Source: Struthio camelus (taxonomy: Eukaryota). Taken from it: a stretch of DNA of 46,746 nt. Position 1 is the stretch's first letter; each line of letters opens with the position of its first letter. Of the stretch, positions 11,940 to 22,259 are shown piece by piece. A program made the translations under genes and the position numbers. The stretch spans positions 935,107-981,852 of the forward strand of contig NC_090973.1 in the NCBI RefSeq assembly GCF_040807025.1, read 5' to 3'. Under the pieces are notes generated by a model. It ran no database searches and was not told where the DNA came from. It saw nothing but the letters and a program-made list of their open reading frames with translations.

Positions 11940-13010
11940 CCCCCCGCCGCCCCTGGGACCCTCCGGGGACCCCCCGGCACCCATGGGACCCCCTCAACAC
12001 CCATGGCACCATCCAACACCCATGGGACCTTCATCCTGTCCCCAGCACCCATGGGACCCCCCAACACCCATGGGACCCCCTCAACACCCATGGCACCACC
12101 CAACACCTATGAGACCTTTATCCTGTCCCTGGTGCCCCTGGGAACCCCCCAACACCCCTGGGACCCCCCCAACACCCATGGCACCACCCAACACCCATGG
12201 GACCCCCTCAACACCCATGGCACCACCCAACGCCCATGAGACCTTCATCCTGTCCCTGGCACCCCTGGGACCCCCCAGCACCCATGGCACCACCCAACAC
12301 CCATGGAACCTTCATCCTGTTCCCGGCACCCCGGGACCCCCCAGCACCCATGGGACCCCCTCAACACCCACGGCACCACCCAACACCCATGGGACCTTCA
12401 TCCTGTCCCCAGCACTCCTGGGACCCCCCAACACCCATGGCACCATCCAACACCCATGGGACCTTTATCCTGTCCCCAGCACCCCTGGGACCCCCCAGTG
12501 CCCATGGGACCCCCAGCACCCATGGGACCCCCCCCAACACCCATGGCACCACCCAACACCCATGAGACCTTCATCCTGTTCCCGGCACCCCGGGACCTCC
12601 CAGCACCCATGGGACCCCCTCAACACCCATGGCACCACCCAACACCCATGGGACCTTTGTCCTGTCCCCGGCACTCCGGGACCCCCCCCTTCCCCACCCA
12701 ACACCCCTGGGACTCTCATCCTCCCCCCAGCACACTTGGGACCCCCCTCAGTGCCCCCCAGCACCGTTGGGACCTCATGGCACCCCCCCCAGCAGCCATG
12801 GGACCCCCATCCTTCCTCCAGCACCCCTAAGACCCCCTTGTCCCCTCCCTCCAGCACCCAAAAGACCCCAATGCCCACAAAGCCCCCAATACCCATAAGA
12901 CCTCCAGGCCTCCAGCACCCATAAGATCTCCCCCAGCACCCCTGGGGCCCCCCCGGCACCCCTAGGACCCCCCCCAGCACCCCTGGGGCCCCCACACCGA
13001 GCGCCCCGTG
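11940..13010 (+). repeat. Minisatellite (24-60-bp units: cacccatgggaccccc / cacccatggcaccacc) filling MVP intron 4
   Basis: Dense recurrence of ccatgggacc and ccatggcacc motifs. Confidence 0.8.
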
Positions 13011-13020
13011 CCCCCACCAG

Positions 13021-13115
13021 GCGAAGAGTGGCTGGTGAAGCGGGTGGGCGCCTACCTGCCCGGCGTCTACGAAGAGGTGCTCGACGTGGTGGACGCCTTC
13101 GTCCTCACTGAGAAG
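13021..13115 (+). CDS. MVP: MVP coding exon 5 (G)[31 protein letters not shown]
   Basis: Acceptor cccccaccag|GC. Matches human [31 protein letters not shown]. Donor gaag|GTACGG, phase 0. Confidence 0.9.
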
Positions 13116-13197
13116 GTACGGCCGGCACCCACGGGTGACGCCTCGCCGGGCCGGTGTCACCCGCCCGCCCGCCCTCACCCGTCCCTGTCACCCGCAG

Positions 13198-13434
13198 AAA
13201 GCCCTGCACCTTCGGGCCACGAGGACCTTCCGGGACGCCCAGGGCATGGTGCGGCGCACGGGCGAGGAGTGGCTGGTGACGCAGGCGCAGAGCGAGGCCT
13301 ACATCCCCGACGTCTTTGAGGAGGTGGTGGCCGAGGTGGCCGTCACCACCCTGGGGCCCCGGCAGTACTGCGTCGTCCTCGACCCCGTGGGGCCTGACGG
13401 CAAGCCCCAGCTGGGCCAGCAGCGCGTCGTCAAG
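13198..13434 (+). CDS. MVP: MVP coding exon 6 [79 protein letters not shown]
   Basis: Acceptor cacccgcag|AAA. The 79-codon exon is colinear with human [27 protein letters not shown]...[19 protein letters not shown]. Donor caag|GTGGGT. Confidence 0.9.
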
Positions 13435-13444
13435 GTGGGTGCCG

Positions 13445-14500
13445 CCCGCCCGAGGGTGGCCCTCCTGGGTCCACCCTGGGGGATGGACCACCGAGGAGGT
13501 GGCCGCGGGTGGCCTTGAGGGACCTCAATGGGCTCCTGAGGGGCTCAGGGTGACGCTGAGGCATGCTAAGGTGGCCCTGAGGGGGCTGAGGTGGCCTTCA
13601 AGGTTTTCAAGAGCCCTGAGGGGGGGTCAGGGTGGCCCTGAGGGACACTAAGGTGGCCCCAAGAGGTTCAGGGTGGCACCAGAGGCCCTCAATGGACCCC
13701 TAAGGTGGCCCTGAGGGGCTCAGGGTGGCACTGAGAGAAACTGAGGTGGCCCTGAGGGAGCTCAGATGGCCTTGAATGTCCTCAATCTCTAAGGTGCCCC
13801 TGAGGGGGTCGGGGTGGCCCCGAGAGATGCTAAGGGGGGGTCACAAGGGACCCCACCATGCCAGTGATGTGTTCCCATGGTGTCCCCATGTCCGCACCAA
13901 GCCATTGACATGTGCCTGTGGCATCCCCATGTCCCCGCCATGCTGGTGGCACGTCCCCATGGTGTCCCCATGTCCCCGTCAAGCCACTGATGTGTCCCCA
14001 CGGCATTCCCATGACTCCACCATGCTGGTGGCACGTCCACATGGTGTCCCCGTGTCCCCGTCAAGCCATTGACGTGTCCCCACGGCATTCTCATGACTCC
14101 ACCATGCTGGTGGCACATCCCTATAGTGTCCCCATGTCCCTGTCAAGCCACTGATGTGTCCCCACGGCATGTCCATGACTCCACCATGCTGGTGGCACGT
14201 CCCCATGGTGTCTCCATATCCCCCCCCAAGTCACTGATGTGTCCCCATGGCATTCCCATGACTCCACCATGCTGGTGGCACATCCCCATGGTGTCCCCGT
14301 GTCCCCGTCAAGCCACTGACGTGTCCCCACGGCATTCTCATGACTCCACCATGCTGGTGGCATGTCCCCATGGAGTCCCCATGTCCCTGTCAAGCCATTG
14401 ACATGTCCCCACGGCATCCCCATGACTCCACCATGCTGGTGGCACGTCTCCATGGAGTCCCCGCTGTGCCAGTGACGTGTCCCCACCGTGTCCCCTCGTC
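13445..14500 (+). repeat. MVP intron 6: 20-40-bp ggtggccctgagggggctca repeats (13445-13840), then about 4.5 copies of a 138-bp unit (13850-14500) derived from the exon-7 acceptor region
   Basis: The unit gtccccgtcaagccactgacgtgtccccacggcattc..accatgctggtggcacgtccccatggtgtcccc is mirrored at the true acceptor gccagtgacgtgtccccaccgtgtcccctcgtccccag|. Confidence 0.8.
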
Positions 14501-14505
14501 CCCAG

Positions 14506-14631
14506 GGCGAGAAGTCCTTCTTCCTGCAGCCGGGCGAGCGGCTCCAGGCGGGCATCCAGGACGTCTATGTGCTGGCTGAGGACGAGGGGCTGCTGCTGCA
14601 GGCGCTGCAGACCCTCACCCACCCCGACGAG
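14506..14631 (+). CDS. MVP: MVP coding exon 7 [42 protein letters not shown]
   Basis: Acceptor ctcgtccccag|GGC. Matches human [41 protein letters not shown]. The in-frame read-through hits a stop at about 14715, so a donor is required. gacgag|GTGCCC at 14631/14632 is the first in-phase GT. Confidence 0.8.
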
Positions 14632-14639
14632 GTGCCCGG

Positions 14640-15510
14640 GGGCAACTGGGGCTCCGGGGTGGGGGGGGGCAACTGGGAGCCCTGGGGGCGACTGGGACCT
14701 TGGGGAGGCAATTGAGACCTTTGGGGGCAACTGGGGTCTCTGGGGGGCAACTGGGACCCTGGGGGGGGCAACTGGGACCTTGTGGGGGTGCAACTGGGAC
14801 CCTAGGGAGGGCAACAGAGACCTTGGGGGCAATGGGGGCCCCTGGGGGACACAGGGGACCTGGGGGACCCAGGGGTGGCCGAGCCAGTTGGAACATCTGG
14901 TGGTGCGTGGGGGGCAATTATGTCCCCAACCCGAGGGGTGGCAGGGCCCTGTGTCCCCAAAAGGGGTGGCAGCCCTGTCCACATGTCCCCAAGGGGGTGG
15001 TAGGGAGGATCCTCATGTCCCCAAGGGGGTGGCAGCCCTGTCCACATGTCCCCAAGGGGGTGGTAGGGAGGATCCTCATGTCCCCAAGGGGGTGGCAGCC
15101 CCATCCCTGTGTCCCCAAGGGGGTGGCAGGAGGATCCTCATGTCCCCAAGGGGGTGGCAGCCCTGTCCACATGTCCCCAAGGGGGTGGTAGGGAGGATCC
15201 TCATGTCCCCAAGGGGGTGGCAGCCCTGTCCACATGTCCCCAAGGGGGTGGCAGGAGGATCCTCATGTCCCCAAGGGGGTGGCAGCCCCATCCCTGTGTC
15301 CCCAAGGGGGTGGCAGGAGGATCCTCATGTCCCCAAGGGGGTGGCAGCCCTGTCCACATGTCCCCAAGGGGGTGGCAGGAGGATCCCCATGTCCCCAAGG
15401 GGGTGGCAGCCCCATCCCTGTGTCCCCAGGGGGGTGGCAGGAGGATCCTCATGTCCCCAAGGGGGTGGCAGCCCCATCCCCATGTCCCCAAGGGGGTGGC
15501 AGGGACGGGT
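14640..15510 (+). repeat. MVP intron 7: ggggcaactgggacc 30-bp repeats, then about 62-bp gtccccaagggggtggcagccctgtccacat repeats
   Basis: Regular recurrence at 14966, 15033, 15093, 15159, 15219, 15283, 15403 and 15463. Confidence 0.85.
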
Positions 15511-15614
15511 AACAGGGCACCACCGCCCCGTCCCCAGCGGGTGACCCGGGGGGTGGTGGGGGTCCCGGGCCGGGGAGGACGGGACGGACGGTGACGCGGC
15601 GGCGCGGTGCCCAG

Positions 15615-15773
15615 GAGGGGACGGAGGTGCGGCGGCGGGCGGGCGAGCGCTGGCTGGCCCGCGGCCCCCTCGAGTACGTGCCGCCGGCCGAGGTGGCCGT
15701 GCTGGAGCGGCGCCGCGCCGTGGCCCTGGGCGAGGGCGAGGGCATCTACGTGCGCGACGTCCGCACCGGCAAG
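15615..15773 (+). CDS. MVP: MVP coding exon 8 [53 protein letters not shown]
   Basis: Matches human ..[42 protein letters not shown]. Donor gcaag|GTCAGA at 15773/15774. The 5' boundary is ambiguous. The phase-0 acceptor gtgcccag|GAG (15614/15615) gives a linker similar in length to human. An alternative phase-0 acceptor, aacag|GGC at 15515/15516, would add about 33 Gly/Arg-rich residues. Confidence 0.65.
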
Positions 15774-15779
15774 GTCAGA

Positions 15780-18545
15780 CCCTGCGCCGCTCCCCCCCGG
15801 AGACCCTAGAGACCCCCAGAGACCCTGCAGACCCCCCTTAACCCCCTACAGTTGCCCCCAAACCCTCTAGAGCCCCTAGAGACCCCCCAGAGACCCTATA
15901 GACCCCTCAGAGCCCCTAGAGACCCCCTTAACCCCCTACAGACCCCCCGAACTCCATAGAGCCCCTAGAGACCCCCCAGAGACCCTGCAGACCCCCCTTA
16001 ACCCCCTACAGATGCCCCCAAACCCTCTAGAGCCCCTAGAGACCCCCCAGAGCCCTAGAGACCCCTTAACCCCCAACAGAGCCCCCCAAACTCCGTAGAG
16101 CCCCTAGAGACCCCCAGAGCTCCTAGAGACCCCCCTTAACCCCCTACAGACCCCATTAACCTCCTATAGACCCCCAAACTCCTTAGAGTCCTTAGAGACC
16201 CCCAAGAGCCCCTAGAGACCCCCTTAACCCCCTACAGACCCCCCGAACTCCATAGAGCCCCTAGAGACCCCCAGAGACCCTGCAGACCCCCCCTTAACCC
16301 CCTACAGTTGCCCCCAAACCCTCTAGAGCCCCTAGAGACCCCTCAGAGACCCTGCAGACCCCCCTTAATCCCCTATAGTTGCCCCCAAACCCTCTAGAGC
16401 CCCTAGAGACCCCCCAGAGACCCTATAGACCCCTCAGAGCCCCTAGAGACCCCTTAACCCCCAACAGAGCCCCCCAAACTCCGTAGAGCCCCTAGAGACC
16501 CCCAGAGACCCTGCAGACCCCCCTTAACCCCCTACAGATGCCCCCAAACCCTCTAGAGCCCCTAGAGACCCCTCAGAGACCCTAGAGACCCCCTTAACCC
16601 CCTACAGACCCCCCGAACTCCATAGAGCCCCTAGAGACCCCCCAGAGACCCTGCAGACCCCCCTTAACCACCTACAGATGCCCCCAAACCCTCTAGAGCC
16701 CCTAGAGACCCCCCAGAGCCCCTAGAGACCCCTCAGAGCCCCTACAGACCCCTTAACCCCCTACAGACCCCCCGAACTCCATAGAGCCCCTAGAGACCCC
16801 CAGAGACCCTGCAGACCCCCCTTAACCCCCTAGAGACCCCACTAACCTCCTATAGACCCCCAAACTCCTTAGAGCCCTTAGAGACCCCCCAGAGCCCCTA
16901 CAGACCCCCTTAACCCCCTAGAGACCCCCCTTAACCCCCTAGAGATCCCCAAACTCCCTAGAGCCCCTAGAGACCCCCAGAGACCCTAGGGATCCTCCTT
17001 AACCCCCTAGAGATCCCCAAACTCCCTAGAGCCCCTAGAGACCCCCAGACCCCCTAGGGACCCCTTTAACCCCCTAGAGCTCCCCTTAATCTCCTAGAGA
17101 CCCCCCCAAACTCCTTGGAGCCCCTAGAGACTCACCAGAGCCTCTAGAGACCCCCTTAACCTCCTATAGACCCCCCAATCTATGTAAAGCCCCTAGAGCC
17201 CCCCAGAGCCCTTAGAGACTCCTCTTAACCCCCTATAGACCCCCCAAACCCTCTAGAGCCCCTAGAGACCCCCCAGAGCCCCTATAGACTCCTCAGAGCC
17301 CCTAGAGACCCCTTAACCCCCTACAGATGCCCCCAAACCCTCTAGAGCCCCTAGAGACCCCCAGATACCCCAAAGACTCCTGTTAACCCTCTACAGACCC
17401 CCCCAAACTCCCTAGAGAGCCCTTAGGGACCCCCCCCAACTCCCTAGAGACCCCCCAGAGCCCCTAGAGACTCCCTTAACCCCGTATAGAGCCCCCCCCG
17501 AACTCCCTAGAGCCCCTGGAGACCTTCCTTGACCCCCTACAGACCCCTCAAAGCCTCCTAGAGCCCCTAGAGACCCCCCAAACCCCCTATAGACACCCCA
17601 AATCTCCTAGAGCCCTTAGAGACCCCCCCAGAGCCCCTAGAGACCCCCTTAAGCTCCTATAGACCCCCCTCGAGCCCCTATAGGCTCTCTAGAGCTCTTA
17701 TAGATCTCCGTTAACCCTCTACAGACCCCCACCCAAACCCGTAGAGAGCCCCCGAGCCCCTATAGAGCCCCGTAACCCCTCCTAGACCCCTGCAGAGCTC
17801 CAAACCCCCCAGTGACCCCCTGCAGCGCCCTCAGTCCCAGTGCCCCCCTATAGCGCTCTCAGCCCCCCTCCCAGGGCCCCCAAACCCCTCCCAGTGCTCC
17901 CAGTGCCTCCCAGTCCCCTCCCAATGTTCCTGGTCCCTCCCAGTCCTCTCCCAGCCCCCCAGCAATTCCCTCCCAGTGTTCCCAGTCCCCTTCCCAGTCC
18001 CTCCCAGGCCCCTCCCAGGCCCCCCAGCTCCCCTCCCCGTGCTCCCAGTACCACCAGTCCTTCCCAGTTCCCTCCCAGTGCCCCCAGTCCCTCCCAGTGC
18101 TCCCAGTGCCCCCAGTTCCCTCCCAGTGCCCCCAGTCCCTCCCAGCCCTCCTCCCAGTGCCTCCAGTTCCCTCCCAGTGCTCCCAGTCCCCTCCTAGTCC
18201 CTTTCAGCACTCCCAGTTCCTCTCAGCCCCCCTCCCAGTGCTCCCAGTGCCCCTAGTCCCTCCCAGTTCCCTCCCAGTGCTCCCTGTACCTCCAGTTCCC
18301 TTGCAGTTCCTTTCAGCTCCCCTCCCAGTGCTCCCAGTCCCTCCCAGTCCCTCCCAGCCCCCCTTCCCATGCCCCCAGTTCCCTCCCAGTGCTCCCAGTA
18401 CCCTCCCATTCCCCACCTAGTCCCTCCCAGCCCCCTCCCAGTGCTCTCCGTACCTCCAGTTCCCTCCCAGTGCCCTCCCAGTCCCTCCCAGCCCCCTCCC
18501 CAGCGCTCCCAGTGCCCCCAGTCCCCTCCCAGTGCCCCCCCCCGG
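15780..18545 (+). repeat. MVP intron 8: about 85-90-bp ccctagagaccccccagagaccct(g/a)(c/t)agacccccttaaccccctacag repeat (15780-17810), then 20-24-bp ctcccagtgctcccagtccc repeats (17810-18545)
   Basis: Direct tandem recurrence throughout. The CTAGAG/CTATAG cores are related to the intron 1 and intron 2 satellites. Confidence 0.85.
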
Positions 18546-18550
18546 CGCAG

Positions 18551-18789
18551 GTGCGGGCGGTGGTGGGCCAGACCTACATGCTGACGGCGACGGAGGAGCT
18601 GTGGGAGAAGGAGCTGGCGCCCGGCGTGGAGGCGCTGCTGGCGGCCTCCCGCGACCCCCTGGTCCAGCGCGGGGACGGCGAAGGGGACGGCGCCCCGGCG
18701 GGGCCGCGTGACCGCACGCGGGCCGTCACCTTCCGCGTGCCCCACAACGCCGCCATGCAGCTCTACGACTACCGCGAGCGGCGCGCCCG
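18551..18789 (+). CDS. MVP: MVP coding exon 9 [79 protein letters not shown](R)
   Basis: Acceptor ccggcgcag|GTG. Colinear with human [30 protein letters not shown]...RVPHNAAVQVYDYREKRAR. Donor gcccg|GTGAGC, phase 2. Confidence 0.9.
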
Positions 18790-18794
18790 GTGAG

Positions 18795-21170
18795 CGCGGG
18801 GACGTGGGGGGCGTGGGGGGCCTGGGGGATGCTGGAGACGTTGGGGACGTTGAGGACATGGAGGATGTTGGGGATATTGGGGACGTTGGGGGCGTGGGGG
18901 ACATTGGGGATGCTGGAGACGTTGGGGACGTTGAGGACATGGGGGATGTTGGGGATATTGGGGACGTTGGGGGCGTGGGGGACATTGGGGACGCTGGAGA
19001 CATTGGGGACGTTGAGGACATGGGGGATGTGGGGGATATTGGGGACGTTGGGGGCGTGGGGGACATTGGGGAAGCTGGAGACGTTGGGGACGTTGAGGAC
19101 ATGGGGGATGTGGGGGATATTGGGGACATTGGGGGCGTGGGGGACATTGGGGAGACAGGACGTTGGGGGCCTGGGGGACGTTGGGGACGCTGGAGACATT
19201 GGGGACGTTGAGGACATGGAGGATGTTGGGGATATTGGGGACATTGGGGAGACAGGACGTTGGGGGCCTGGGGGACGTTGGGGATGCTGGAGATGTTGGG
19301 GACGTTGAGGACATGGAGGATGTTGGGGATATTGGGGACGTTGGGGGCGTGGGGGACATTGGGGATGCTGGAGACGTTGGGGACGTTGAGGACATGGGGG
19401 ATGTTGGGGATATTGGGGACGTTGGGGGCGTGGGGGACATTGGGGACGCTGGAGACATTGGGGACGTTGAGGACATGGGGGATGTGGGGGATATTGGGGA
19501 CGTTGGGGGCGTGGGGGACATTGGGGAAGCTGGAGACGTTGGGGACGGTGAGGACATGGGGGATGTGGGGGATATTGGGGACATTGGGGGCGTGGGGGAC
19601 ATTGGGGAGACAGGACGTTGGGGGCCTGGGGGACGTTGGGGACGCTGGAGACGTTGGGGACGTTGAGGACATGGGGGATGTGGGGGATATTGGGGACGTT
19701 GGGGGCATGTTGAGGACACCAGGGGTGTTGGGGACATTGGGCACATGGAGGATGCTGGGAACCCTGAGGATGTTGGGGAGAAAGGGGACATTTGGGACAC
19801 GGGGGACATTGGGGATGCTGGAGACGTTGAGGACATCAGTGATGTTGAGGGCATGAGGATGTTGGAGACTTCAGGGACATCGGGGATGTTGGGTCATTGG
19901 GCACGCTGAAGATGGGGGTATTGGGGACACTGAGGATATTGGGGACATGGGGGGTATTGGGGACATTGAGGACATCAGGGATGTCACGGACGTTGGAGAT
20001 ATTGAGGATGTTGGAGACGTTGAGGCTATCAGGGACGTTGGGGACACTGAGGATACTGGGGATGAGGGACATCGGGGATGTTGGGCACATGGAGGACATC
20101 AAGGATTTTGGGGACACTGAGGATGTTGGGGACATTGGGGGCCTAGGGGATATTGTGGACAGTGAGGATGTTGGGCATATGGGGGACAATTGGGACATTG
20201 GGGACATGAGGGATGTGGGGGACATGGGGGCCATCAGGGCTGTGGAGGCCATGGAGGATGTTGAAGGTGTTGGGACCATGGGAGACATCAGGGACACAGG
20301 GAAGAGCAGGGCCGTGGAAGCCATGGGAGATGCTGGAGGTGGTGGGACCCCAGGGGGACGTCGTGGACGTGGGGAAGAGCAGGGCCATGGAAGCCATGGG
20401 AGATGGTGGAGGTGGTGGGACCCCGGGGGGACGTTGTGGATGTGGGAAAGAGCAGGGCCGTGGAAGCCATGGGAGATGCTGGAGGTGGTGGGACCCTGGG
20501 GGGACGTCGTGGATGTGGGGAAGAGCAGGGCCGTGGAAGCCATGGGAGATGCTGGAGGTGGTGGGACCCCAGGGGGACGTCGTGGACGTGGGGAAGAGCA
20601 GGGCCGTGGAAGCCATGGGAGATGCTGGAGGTGGTGGGACCACAGGGGACGTCGTGGATGTGGGGAAGAGCAGGGCCGTGGAAGCCATGGGAGATGCTGG
20701 AGGTGGTGGGACCCCAGGGGGACGTCGTGGATGTGGGGAAGAGCAGGGCCGTGGAAGCCATGGGAGATGCTGGAGGTGGTGGGACCCTGGGGGGACGTCG
20801 TGGATGTGGGGAAGAGCAGGGCTGTGGAAGCCATGGGAGATGGTGGAGGTGGTGGGACCCCGGGGGGACGTCATGGACGTGGGGAAGAGCAGGGCCGTGG
20901 AAGCCATGGGAGATGGTGGAGGTGGTGGGACCCCGGGGGGACGTCATGGACGTGGGGAAGAACAGGGCCGTGGAAGCCATGGGAGATGCTGGAGGTGGTG
21001 GGACCCCGGGGGGACGTCATGGACGTGGGGAAGAGCAGGGCCGTGGAAGCCATGGGAGATGGTGGAGGTGGTGGGACCCCGGGGGGACGTCATGGACGTG
21101 GGGAAGAGCAGGGCCGTGGAAGCCATGAGAGATGCTGGAGGTGGTGGCACCCCGGGGGGACGTCCGGGGC
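18795..21170 (+). repeat. MVP intron 9: 15/30-bp ggggacgttggggacattggggatgctggagac minisatellite with an about 120-bp higher-order repeat (18795-20290), then a 60-75-bp gggaagagcagggccgtggaagccatgggagatgctggaggtggtgggacc repeat (20290-21170)
   Basis: gaagccatgggagatg recurs at 20318, 20388, 20466, 20537, 20608 and onward. Confidence 0.85.
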
Positions 21171-21199
21171 CCCCCGTGACGGCGCCGGCGGGCCGGCAG

Positions 21200-21397
21200 G
21201 GTGGTGCTGGGCCCCGAGCTGGCCCTGCTGGCGCCGGGCGAGCAGCCCACGGTGCTGTCGCTGTCGGGTGGCCGGCCCAAGCGCCCGCACGCCCGCCGCG
21301 CCCTCTGCCTCCTGCTGGGCCCCGACTTCTGCGCCGACCTGGTGGCCATCGAGACGGCCGACCACGCCCGCCTCCAGCTCCAGCTGGCCTACAACTG
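21200..21397 (+). CDS. MVP: MVP coding exon 10 (R)[65 protein letters not shown](W)
   Basis: Acceptor ggccggcag|G completes the Arg codon. Matches human [66 protein letters not shown]. Donor aactg|GTGGGC, phase 2. Confidence 0.9.
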
Positions 21398-21419
21398 GTG
21401 GGCGGGGCTTCAGGGACGG

Positions 21420-22095
21420 GGCGGGGTCTTCTAGGGGAGGTGGAGCCAAGGGAGCAGGGCGGGGTGGGGTGGGGCTTGAGGTGGGGCGGGGCTTGTGGTG
21501 GGTGGGGCTTGGGGGTGGACCCATGGCGGAGCCGGGGGCGGAGCTTATCACGGTGGGGGCTTATCACGGTGGGGGATTGGGGCAGTGGGGCTGGGCCGCC
21601 CCCCCTGGCTGGGGAGCGGGGTGGGCGTGGCTTTACAGGAGGGGCGTGGCTTGGAGGGAGGGGGCGGGGTCTGCATGGGGGGTGGATTTGCTGCAGGGGT
21701 GTGTGGGGGGAGGGGTGGTGCACCAGGGAAGGGGCGTGGTGCAAGGGGGCGGAGCTCCCGCTTGGGGTGCTCGGGGGCGTGGCCAAGGTGATGGGGGCGT
21801 GGCCAAGGCGATGGGGGGCGTGGCCAGGGGAGGGGCTGGGGCTGCGGTTCCTACCAAGGGGCCGAGGCTGGGAGGGGAGGGCGGGAAGGGGGCGTGGCCA
21901 GGTGATGGAGGGGAGGGCGTGGCCTGTCCTTTGGGGGGCGTGGCCTGGCCTTTGGGGGCGTGGCCTGGCGGTGGAGGGGGCGTGGCCGGAGGCTGTGGTT
22001 GCTGCCAAGGGGCCAAGGCTGGTAGAGGGGTGGGAAGGGGGCGTGACCGGGTGGCGGCGGGGGCGTGGCCAAGCGGGGAGGGGGCGTGGCCTGAG
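21420..22095 (+). repeat. GGGGCGTGGCC (Sp/KLF GC-box-like) repeat cluster in MVP intron 10
   Basis: More than 15 copies of ggggcgtggcc(a/t)gg with irregular 20-60-bp spacing. Confidence 0.75.
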
Positions 22096-22115
22096 CGGCC
22101 CCGCCCCCTCCCCAG

Positions 22116-22254
22116 GCACTTTGAGGTGCCGGAGTCGCCGGCGGAGCTGGGGCGGCTCTTCAGCGTCCCCGACTTCGTGGGCGACGCCTGCAAGGCCCTG
22201 GCCTCCCGCGTGCGCGGCGCCGTCGCCGCCGTCTCCTTCGACGACTTCCACAAG
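22116..22254 (+). CDS. MVP: MVP coding exon 11 (W)[46 protein letters not shown]
   Basis: Acceptor ccctccccag|G completes the Trp codon. Matches human [48 protein letters not shown]. Donor caag|GTGGCG. Confidence 0.9.
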
Positions 22255-22259
22255 GTGGC

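Noticed and set aside
15516-15614. An alternative longer exon 8 starting at the acceptor aacag|GGC (15515/15516)
   Set aside because: It is in frame and cannot be excluded. I gave it lower priority because it would insert a 33-aa Gly/Arg low-complexity segment with no counterpart in human MVP. I kept it as an alternative in the findings.
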